Origin: a virus
Lineage: Duplodnaviria; Caudoviricetes
Virus record (IMG/VR): IMGVR_UViG_3300008625_000012
Location: 1 to 63,273 of that record
DNA: 63,273 nucleotides
Reading direction: 5' to 3' (one strand)
Below, piece after piece: positions 56,728 through 63,273 of this stretch; positions within the stretch are counted from its first letter, which is position 1; each line of letters opens with the position of its first letter. Under the pieces are notes generated by a model, which made no database searches, was not told the DNA's origin, and worked only from the letters and a program-made list of their open reading frames with translations. The position numbers were made by a program, and so were the translations under genes.

Positions 56728-56758
56728 AGGGGGCGACACACACGCGTGTCGCCCCCTC
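56728..56758. terminator. GC-rich hairpin, probable terminator or processing site
   Basis: GAGGGGGCGACAC ... GTGTCGCCCCCTC just past the stop of 56764-57015. Confidence 0.55.
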
Positions 56759-56763
56759 ACCTT

Positions 56764-57015
56764 TCAGTTATCCCGCCACCCAAGGAAGGTGTCGGGTAGG
56801 GCGTCGAGCTTCTTCTGCCCTGCCTTGCTGATAACGGCCCCGTCTTTCTTGAGGCACATCAGCAAGACCTCTTTCGTGGACCCAACATACGAGGTAGCGG
56901 CCCATCGGGGTTTCCCGATATTGCCGTCCTGTTTCTTTTGGACAATCCACTGTTGCTCATCTGAAGATACGCGCCAGTCAGACGACAGCGGTAGCTCCAG
57001 AATTTTCTTCACCAT
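56764..57015 (-). CDS. conserved small phage protein
   Basis: WRV.SD..QWIVQ...W....Y...L...L......LDALPDTF..W. Confidence 0.6.
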   Translation of the reverse strand: MVKKILELPLSSDWRVSSDEQQWIVQKKQDGNIGKPRWAATSYVGSTKEVLLMCLKKDGAVISKAGQKKLDALPDTFLGWRDN

Positions 57016-57202
57016 TTTGGTTGCCCTCCTCTCTTGAGTTTAATCCACGTTGGATGAAGTAGAGAGCCTGTCCTGTGACGGTTCGACATTCTCTCGCTGC
57101 GACATCGGTCAGCCGCTCGTAATCCTCTTTCGGGATTATCACGGTGGCCCTGACCGAATTGGGTGCGGCCCTTTTCTTTGGGCCTGATTTACTCCCGGCC
57201 AT
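56978..57202 (-). CDS. ribbon-helix-helix regulator
   Basis: VRATVIIPKEDYERL..VA.RE.RTV..QA.Y.I.RGL. Confidence 0.65.
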   Translation of the reverse strand: MAGSKSGPKKRAAPNSVRATVIIPKEDYERLTDVAARECRTVTGQALYFIQRGLNSREEGNQNGEENSGATAVV

Positions 57203-57207
57203 AAGCC

Positions 57208-57603
57208 CTAACCTCTACCCTGAGCGATGGCTGACCGAAGAGAGCTTTCAACCGTGCCACGGCGGGTCTTCAGCTTGATGAGTTCCTCGCGTGTGAGGCC
57301 AAGGTTACTCAGGGTGGCGTTGATGTCGATCACACCGTTTACACTGTCCCACACAAGACGTGCGTCCTGATAACGTGCGGGGCGCTCCCTGTTCACCTCG
57401 TAGGTGCCGCGCTTCCTGTGGGGCCTACGCTTCCTGTAGGGTCCACGGGGTCCACGGATTTTCTTGGCCGCATGGGCGTGGCCGTTGGACACGACCTTGG
57501 TCGTGATGGTCAGGTCTGTCGGGTTCAACAGGGCGAGGGCTGAAAACACATCTTCGGTTGAGGATGTGGTGGTGAGGTCGATGGTGATGCGTTGTTTCGG
57601 CAT
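57208..57603 (-). CDS. basic hypothetical protein
   Basis: AGGAG SD; Arg-rich RGPRGPYRKRRPHRKRG. Confidence 0.55.
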   Translation of the reverse strand: MPKQRITIDLTTTSSTEDVFSALALLNPTDLTITTKVVSNGHAHAAKKIRGPRGPYRKRRPHRKRGTYEVNRERPARYQDARLVWDSVNGVIDINATLSNLGLTREELIKLKTRRGTVESSLRSAIAQGRG

Positions 57604-57764
57604 TAGCTTTCTCCTACGATTTTAGAGACGGTCTTGATGGGCACGATGCCCCGGATGATGAGTTCCTCGACAATCCATCGCCAGCTAATGGTGCTGGCTT
57701 GGTGCTTATTGAAGAACGCTTCGATCTGTTCTGATGAAACAGATGGCTTGGTTTTTTTGGTCAT
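57603..57764 (-). CDS. 53-aa protein (not in ORF track)
   Basis: AGGAGG SD; TAATG coupling to the next gene. Confidence 0.5.
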   Translation of the reverse strand: MTKKTKPSVSSEQIEAFFNKHQASTISWRWIVEELIIRGIVPIKTVSKIVGES

Positions 57765-57804
57765 AAGACCTCCTTTTTGGTTGAACTATTTTAGGAACTA
57801 AGTC

Positions 57805-57831
57805 ATCCTGCCTATGCTCCGCATAGGCAGG
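57805..57831. terminator. hairpin between early genes
   Basis: TCCTGCCTATG/CATAGGCAGGA 11-bp stem. Confidence 0.45.
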
Positions 57832-57850
57832 ACGCAGTTGGCATACATTC

Positions 57851-58093
57851 CTAAGTGGCTTTCTCTAGTTCACGCCGCAGTTCACGCCGCCCCCACGCTT
57901 CGATAAACAGGTCCGCGTCTTCGCGGCTGGTGAAGGTGGCGATGTAGTTGTCGTCGTCGTCGTAGATGCCGTAATCTCCGTTGCTCTCCCCGACGATGCG
58001 GGGGACATTCTTCAAGGTGTCAACGAAAAGCTCCTGAAAACTTTCCTCTGCAAGGGCGAGTGCTTCGGCGGTAATTACAGGGTGTATTCTCAT
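57851..58093 (-). CDS. hypothetical early protein
   Basis: GAGGGA SD before MRIHPV; IATFTSREDADLFI. Confidence 0.55.
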   Translation of the reverse strand: MRIHPVITAEALALAEESFQELFVDTLKNVPRIVGESNGDYGIYDDDDNYIATFTSREDADLFIEAWGRRELRRELEKAT

Positions 58094-58095
58094 AA

Positions 58096-58323
58096 TTATC
58101 CCTCTCTGTTTTCGATGATGGTTGCGAAATGGCGCAGGGCGGCGGGTAAGCCTTCCTCCACCTTGATGGTGTCTTGGTCGGTAAAGCCACAGAGCGGTTT
58201 CCACCCATGACCCACCCAAAGCGCGTAGGCGTCGTCGCCGTCAGCGTCTTCGATGATGGTCACTTGGTAGTTGAAGATGGTGCCTACTTCTTCATGGTCG
58301 AAGTCGATTGCCACACCGGTCAT
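58096..58323 (-). CDS. hypothetical early protein
   Basis: ATGA coupling; GAGGA SD. Confidence 0.55.
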   Translation of the reverse strand: MTGVAIDFDHEEVGTIFNYQVTIIEDADGDDAYALWVGHGWKPLCGFTDQDTIKVEEGLPAALRHFATIIENREG

Positions 58324-58622
58324 GATGTCTTCCTCGCGTATTCACGCTTATTGCGGTTGATGAGACGGATGCGCTCTGCGGCCATAGCGAAGACCTTGGA
58401 CATGGTCAGGGCGAGAGCCTCTTCAGTGACGCCCTTATCTTCGCCGTTGGTGCCGCCAGACCCATAGCTGAGTTCAGCCTTTCCGTTACCAAGGTCATAA
58501 ACAGTGACGATGTCGCTGGTCCAGTGGGTGGCCGCGCTGTACTCGTATGCGATATGAGTGCTGTGTTTCTTTGAGTTGTCCCAGCGGCGAACACTGACTG
58601 GGAAGGCTTTGGCTTTGGTCAT
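58320..58622 (-). CDS. hypothetical early protein
   Basis: AAGGAG SD. Confidence 0.6.
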   Translation of the reverse strand: MTKAKAFPVSVRRWDNSKKHSTHIAYEYSAATHWTSDIVTVYDLGNGKAELSYGSGGTNGEDKGVTEEALALTMSKVFAMAAERIRLINRNKREYARKTS

Positions 58623-58780
58623 GATTTTTCTCCTTTGGGGGGAGGCCCCCAGAAAATGGTTTCAGATGTACCGACAAGTTGCTTCTCGCGGTTGCGGTCA
58701 TACTTGACCTTGTTTTTGGTGATGCGCTTCCGATATTTGGGCGAGCGCAGGTCTTTGGCAAAGTCGTTTTTGCGGGACAT
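58619..58780 (-). CDS. 53-aa basic protein with ArfA-like motif (not in ORF track)
   Basis: AGGAGG SD; MSRKNDFAKDLRSPKYRKRITKNKVKYDR; ATGA overlap with the next gene. Confidence 0.55.
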   Translation of the reverse strand: MSRKNDFAKDLRSPKYRKRITKNKVKYDRNREKQLVGTSETIFWGPPPKGEKS

Positions 58781-58804
58781 GATGCCCTCCTTTTGATGAT
58801 AGGA

Positions 58805-59116
58805 TTAAACGCTGGTGAAGCCCTTGATGCTGAAACGGGATGACGGGTCGCTGGCGTAGTGACCCAGCATGAAAAGCTCAAGGGCGGTTCTGTTGATCTC
58901 TTTTTCGGCGGCCCTGATCTCGCGTGCGCTCAGTTCGCCGTCATGAGAAATGTTTTCAGGCGACAGGTCGTCCTCCAGATAGTCATAGATTTGCTGCGCC
59001 TGTTCCTTGGTGAGGGTGTCGAGGGACAACTGATGGTCGGCAGCACGCCAGACATTCAGGTTCTCGACGTAACATTGTAGGCGCGTCTTTCCTTTGCGTG
59101 TGCGGCGGGTGGACAT
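58805..59116 (-). CDS. conserved early phage protein
   Basis: LSPENISHDGELS motif; GGAGG SD within the repeated leader. Confidence 0.7.
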   Translation of the reverse strand: MSTRRTRKGKTRLQCYVENLNVWRAADHQLSLDTLTKEQAQQIYDYLEDDLSPENISHDGELSAREIRAAEKEINRTALELFMLGHYASDPSSRFSIKGFTSV

Positions 59117-59144
59117 GATTGCCTCCAGTATTGGCGGGTGAATG

Positions 59145-59381
59145 TTAAATCTCTCTTCCTTCGGCTTCGGCTTTCTCCGCTTCATCGCGGACGGCGAACA
59201 CCTCTTCGACGGTGAGGTCGAGGCCAAGAAAAAAGTTGATGTCGGTTCTCAGGATATGAATGGATTTCGTCTCCAGCCATTCGGCCAGAAGCGGAAGTCC
59301 AAACCATTCACAAAAATCAGCCACGTAAGAAACGGTGGCGCTGCGGGTGATGGCGATGGTCTGAAAAATAAATGCGATCAT
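59145..59381 (-). CDS. hypothetical early protein
   Basis: GGAGA SD before MIAFIF. Confidence 0.45.
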   Translation of the reverse strand: MIAFIFQTIAITRSATVSYVADFCEWFGLPLLAEWLETKSIHILRTDINFFLGLDLTVEEVFAVRDEAEKAEAEGREI

Positions 59382-59391
59382 TGGTCTCTCC

Positions 59392-59583
59392 CTAATGAAT
59401 TGTCGGCATGGTGCAATGGCGCTCTTCGATGAGGAGGAGGGCGTGGCGAACGAACGCTCCCTCAAATCCCCAGACCTCACCTGTGTCGATGAGGGTTTGC
59501 CATGCCTCGAAATACTGCTCTTCGCTGCTGGCCTTTTCAGCGCCTTCAGCGATCAGCGTGGCGTCGTAAACAGTCATGCTCAT
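59392..59583 (-). CDS. conserved small phage protein
   Basis: A..IAEG...SEEQ..EAWQ.LIDTG.VW..EG.F.R.A..LIE. Confidence 0.7.
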   Translation of the reverse strand: MSMTVYDATLIAEGAEKASSEEQYFEAWQTLIDTGEVWGFEGAFVRHALLLIEERHCTMPTIH

Positions 59584-59648
59584 GTGAATGCCTCCAGTAC
59601 TGGTTGGGAAATATGGGGCCGGGATTTCTCCCGGCCCCGGTGAGGTGC

Positions 59649-61178
59649 TTAGTTGTCGCCCTTAAACTTGACGGCAACACAATCCCCGAAGGGAGGAGGA
59701 CCGCCCCAGAAGGCTCCAGTTGACGCCCAGATTACTGGAACGTCGGGGTCTTCGGGGTAGTCGTCGCAGCCGCCATCGGTGAAGATGACGATCACATCGA
59801 AGTCGTCGATGACGCCCGCTTCCTTCGCTTTCTTGAAGGGTGCGCGGAAGTCCGTCCCGCCAGCGCGTGTCCGTTGGGTCGGAGCCTCATCACCTCTTTC
59901 GAGAACGACAGGCTCATCAGCCTCGCAGTCGAACTGGATGAAGGTAACGGTCTCCGGTTCCAAGTCTTCCACGATATTGATGAAGTCACCGGTGAACTGG
60001 ACGTACTCTTCGTTAGAGACGGAGCCAGAGGCATCGGTGAACACAGCGACATGACCCAAGCCTTCGCGCACCTGAGAGGGCATCACAATGTCGCTCTCCA
60101 GATGAAAACGATTGGGCTTGTCGAAGCTCATATCGCTGGGGATGGTGTCGGTCAGCATATCGGGCATGACCTCCTGCCAGTCCCTCGACGGTGAGACGAT
60201 TTCTTCGATCAACTGGCCGAAGGGACCGGGCAACTGTCCACGGCCCTTGGCGATGTTGGCCGCTTCGTTGATGTCGCTGTTGACCTTTCTTTCGGCTTCA
60301 GCTTTTTCTTCTTCGGACAGGCTCTCACCTTTTTCGTTGGTGGCGTCTTCGACCTTGCCCCACGGGCAGTCGTATTTGCGAGGCTGGCCGTCGTCGTCGC
60401 CGGTGTCGTCGGTATCGCCGGTGTCACCGTCTTCTTCGTCACCGTCATCACCGTCGTCGCCGTCGTCACCGTCATCTTCGTCGCCGTCGTCACTGCCGGT
60501 GTCGCCGTCATCACCGTCGTCGTCGCCGTCGTCGTCGCCGTCGTCAGGTGACTTGCCGCCTTCGGCCTCGCCGTCGTCGCCGGGTCTGCCGGGTTCGCCG
60601 TCGTCACATGGACGGCCCGGAGGCTGCGGAGGCTGCGGAGGCTCTTCCTGTTCAAGGATGGCGTAAACCTCATCGGTGGACAGGCCCAGATATTTCGGCT
60701 CAAACAGGCCGTCTTCCGGCATGGTGTATTCCGGCTGAGAGTGATGGCGGCAATAGTTGAGGATTGTCTCACGGTCATATCCCCGGAAATCATCATCGCT
60801 CATGTTGCCTTCCATGCCCATGCGAACGAGCAGGGCGTTGATGACAAAGTCACCGGCGGCATTCCAGAGATACGGGTCTTTGCTGCCACGGCGCAGGTGA
60901 TGCTTAAGAACGACGTGCATGATCTCATGCAGGATAACGAACGTCGTCTTGGCCTGAGAAGACTTCAGGACAAAGTTGATGGAATAAACGAGATGCTTAC
61001 CATCTGTGCGCATAGTGCCGTGGTCCTGAACTACCCGGACAAGGCCAAGCAACAGGGTGGCGAAGAAGCCCTGATGGCGCATGATGAACTTCGTAGACAC
61101 GCCCATCTTTTCGAGGGCCTGACGGGCCTCTGCTTCGGTAGGAACGTGGACTGGTTCAACTGGCATAACTGAGGTCAT
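59649..61178 (-). CDS. metallopeptidase-vWA protein (DUF2201-type) with D/G-rich linker
   Basis: T..TDG, HEIMH, WN.A.D.VIN, DASGS MIDAS, GGTDF, FTDG. Confidence 0.9.
   Translation of the reverse strand: MTSVMPVEPVHVPTEAEARQALEKMGVSTKFIMRHQGFFATLLLGLVRVVQDHGTMRTDGKHLVYSINFVLKSSQAKTTFVILHEIMHVVLKHHLRRGSKDPYLWNAAGDFVINALLVRMGMEGNMSDDDFRGYDRETILNYCRHHSQPEYTMPEDGLFEPKYLGLSTDEVYAILEQEEPPQPPQPPGRPCDDGEPGRPGDDGEAEGGKSPDDGDDDGDDDGDDGDTGSDDGDEDDGDDGDDGDDGDEEDGDTGDTDDTGDDDGQPRKYDCPWGKVEDATNEKGESLSEEEKAEAERKVNSDINEAANIAKGRGQLPGPFGQLIEEIVSPSRDWQEVMPDMLTDTIPSDMSFDKPNRFHLESDIVMPSQVREGLGHVAVFTDASGSVSNEEYVQFTGDFINIVEDLEPETVTFIQFDCEADEPVVLERGDEAPTQRTRAGGTDFRAPFKKAKEAGVIDDFDVIVIFTDGGCDDYPEDPDVPVIWASTGAFWGGPPPFGDCVAVKFKGDN
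60385..60610 (-). repeat. low-complexity DDG/DGD codon repeat
   Basis: DDGDDDGDDDGDDGDTGSDDGDEDDGDDGDDGDDGD linker. Confidence 0.8.
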
Positions 61179-61265
61179 GATTTCTCTCCAGTATTGGCTG
61201 GTTAATGATGAAACTGATTTGGTGATAGGAGAAAACAGGGGGGAGGAAAATCCTCCCCCCCGAAA

Positions 61266-62246
61266 TTAGGCTGCGTCGGCGTCGCTGCCAAACACGTCAT
61301 TGAGGTCATCCAAGATTTCCTTGGCATCCTCAGTGACGGTCTCGCGTGCCTTCGCGGCCTCTGCCTCACGGCGTGCCTTGGGCCGCTTGTCTCCCGGTCC
61401 AGAGCGTTTCTTACCGCGCAGCCCTTCGGCCTCGACAACGGTGAGCTTGGCGGCGATTTTCTGCGCCAGCTTGTCGAGTTTGGGGTCGCCGGTAATGTTC
61501 AGGCCCGGTAGGGCGTCGGCCAGCGTAGCCATGTTGCCAACAAGACTGTCTTTGAAAGACCGGTCCCGTTTCTTGCCGGGGTTCTCATCCCCGAAGGTCT
61601 CCAGCTTCTCGACCATATTCTCCAGCGCGGAGCGAATGGTTTTGTGGGTCTCTTCGGTGAGAATTTTAGTGCGCTTCTCATCAAGGGACTTGGCGTCGGC
61701 CACGATCTTGTCGGTGCGTTCCTGATCGAGATCGATGATGGTGTTGGTGCGATCAGGCAGTACTTCCGTTTCGATCACAACCGAAAAGGCACGGCGCACG
61801 GCATCCTCTGAGGGGTAGAGGCTCTCATCGAAGAGGTCGCCCAGCTTGACCTGAGCTTCCAGCTTGAGGTCGGCATACGCACCAACAAATTCCTCAACTG
61901 CCTCGTTAAATTCCGCGATCAGGGCCTCCACGGTTTCCAGCCATTGGGCGTACCGCTTGGTGGCGATGATGCGGAAACCGTCATCCTGCCACGCGCCGGT
62001 GGCCGACAGGTGGTAGTTACGAATGACGCCCTTGATCTTTTTGATTTTCTTGTAGAGGCTGTTCTTGCCGTTGATGATGGTCTTTACCACAGAGACCAAA
62101 TCCTCATCGGCATTGTGCCTCTGGGCGGCCTTGGCGGTGGCCTCCTTGTCTTTCTTGGTGATGCCAAGAATTTTGGTGGACACCTTCACAAGGATGGCAC
62201 GTTTGCGAAGGTCATAGGTGTCTGAAGAGTTGGAACGTCGGGCCAT
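61266..62246 (-). CDS. DUF3150-like protein of the AAA/vWA module
   Basis: W.D.G.RI, LGDLFDESLYP, F.DSL..N......LP.LNIT.DP.L; position between AAA and vWA genes. Confidence 0.65.
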   Translation of the reverse strand: MARRSNSSDTYDLRKRAILVKVSTKILGITKKDKEATAKAAQRHNADEDLVSVVKTIINGKNSLYKKIKKIKGVIRNYHLSATGAWQDDGFRIIATKRYAQWLETVEALIAEFNEAVEEFVGAYADLKLEAQVKLGDLFDESLYPSEDAVRRAFSVVIETEVLPDRTNTIIDLDQERTDKIVADAKSLDEKRTKILTEETHKTIRSALENMVEKLETFGDENPGKKRDRSFKDSLVGNMATLADALPGLNITGDPKLDKLAQKIAAKLTVVEAEGLRGKKRSGPGDKRPKARREAEAAKARETVTEDAKEILDDLNDVFGSDADAA

Positions 62247-62318
62247 GATTGCTCCTCCAGTGTTGGTCGGTAAATGATGAGGGGGCGAAGATGATAGGAT
62301 GATCTTCGCCCCCGGTGA

Positions 62319-63272
62319 TTAGACGGCGAATGAGCCGTGCTTGCTGCGCCACGTCGAGAACGCGACGGTTTCCTGTAGGTCAGGATGGTTGGCTATAACG
62401 TCCAGCGCCCATGTGGTCTGGAAATCTTCGGGCAACCGTTCGATATAGGTGATGACGGCGGGGATGTTATCCTCCGTCAATTGCTTACCGGCGCACATGC
62501 CGATCAGGGCATACGTGGCGGCGACGGCGCTCTCTTCGCCGGGGGTTGGGATGGTCGCGCCTTCGGGGTCTTTGACGATTTTCCTGAAGGACGTGATCTG
62601 CGTGCATATCTTGAGATATGTCAGCAACTCAGCGGCCACCTCGACGGACAGGATGGCACCTAGCTGTATCTCCAGCAGGGCGGGGTCATCCACCTCTTGG
62701 ACTTCCCGGTCAGCAGCCACAAGTGAGCGCGGGGTGGAGAAGGCAATGTCGCCTTTCTCATAGCCCATGAGATGCTCTTCCTTGAGGCGGGCGAACCCGG
62801 CTACCCGGCCATCAGAACCCAGCGAGTGAAGATGGGCAGCGAAGTCATCGGGATGCGGCACTACTTCGTAATTGGCGAAGCGGTCATAGATCTGTGCGCC
62901 AATCTTGTTGGTCGCCGCATTGTCACATTTCCGATTGCCGGTGGCGACTATCTGCCACCCGTCAGGGAACGTGTAACTGTCGCCAATGTGCCCGCCCAGA
63001 AATATCTGGGACAGGGCGTTGGTGACGGAGGGATAACCCTGCGGAAGCTCATCAAAGTTGATGACGCCGCGCACGCCGTGGCGATTGACGTTGGGCAGCA
63101 CAGAGTTGGCGAGGAAGCGCGTGACCTCTTCCTCCTTGTCAGTGATGGGTGCGCCCTTGACGTCGAGGGCATCCATCAGGGCGGTGCGGAAATCGATGTA
63201 TCCGAAGACCTTAGTCACGTCGGCAGGGACGGGGTCCACGCCAACATGGTAGAGGTCCAGCCCAAGGCGCTC
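62319..63272 (-). CDS. MoxR-like AAA+ ATPase (5' end beyond the window)
   Basis: DVKG.P, INFDE Walker B, IVATGNR sensor-1, DRF, TPRS; frame open to the window edge. Confidence 0.85.
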   Translation of the reverse strand, partial: ERLGLDLYHVGVDPVPADVTKVFGYIDFRTALMDALDVKGAPITDKEEEVTRFLANSVLPNVNRHGVRGVINFDELPQGYPSVTNALSQIFLGGHIGDSYTFPDGWQIVATGNRKCDNAATNKIGAQIYDRFANYEVVPHPDDFAAHLHSLGSDGRVAGFARLKEEHLMGYEKGDIAFSTPRSLVAADREVQEVDDPALLEIQLGAILSVEVAAELLTYLKICTQITSFRKIVKDPEGATIPTPGEESAVAATYALIGMCAGKQLTEDNIPAVITYIERLPEDFQTTWALDVIANHPDLQETVAFSTWRSKHGSFAV

Positions 63273-63273
63273 T

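Noticed and set aside
57783-57798. GAAC-N8-GAAC as another SOS box
   Set aside because: Spacer is 8 nt rather than 7, so it was not counted
1-63273. tRNA/rRNA genes, integrase, DNA polymerase, reverse transcriptase/DGR, alternative genetic code
   Set aside because: None recognised by eye; genes are full length under the standard code with all three stops used; the genome continues beyond the window, so absence is not conclusive

Overview
A 63-kb segment of a tailed, podovirus-like dsDNA phage genome. The host is probably an alphaproteobacterium, inferred from an alpha-type LexA domain and GAAC-N7-GNNN boxes in phage promoters. The + strand (1-47.7 kb) carries small accessory genes, two sulfotransferases, a LexA DNA-binding-domain-only protein, a histone-H1/Hc1-like peptide, an intein-containing terminase, portal, GroES, scaffold, capsid, head/tail proteins, a lysis cassette, ejection proteins and a 4252-aa polyvalent protein. 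The mostly - strand arm (47.6-63.3 kb) carries an ADP-ribosylglycohydrolase, recombination genes (SSB, ERF, Cas4-like nuclease), early genes and an AAA/DUF3150-like/vWA-metallopeptidase trio. RusA, a primase-helicase and a 2OG-Fe(II) oxygenase lie on the + strand within that arm. Main unusual signals: (1) the giant protein is built from cassettes separated by a repeated K-F-S-I-A-P linker downstream of a HExxH peptidase, includes several ADP-ribosyltransferase-like cassettes and overlaps a convergent ADP-ribosylhydrolase gene; (2) the terminase intein hides an endonuclease VII gene in a different reading frame; (3) promoters with SOS-like boxes plus a non-cleavable mini-LexA; (4) candidate small RNAs, including an antisense RNA in the primase-helicase leader; (5) a repeated hairpin plus leader element in front of early genes. 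All family calls come from motif recognition by eye; no database search was run.
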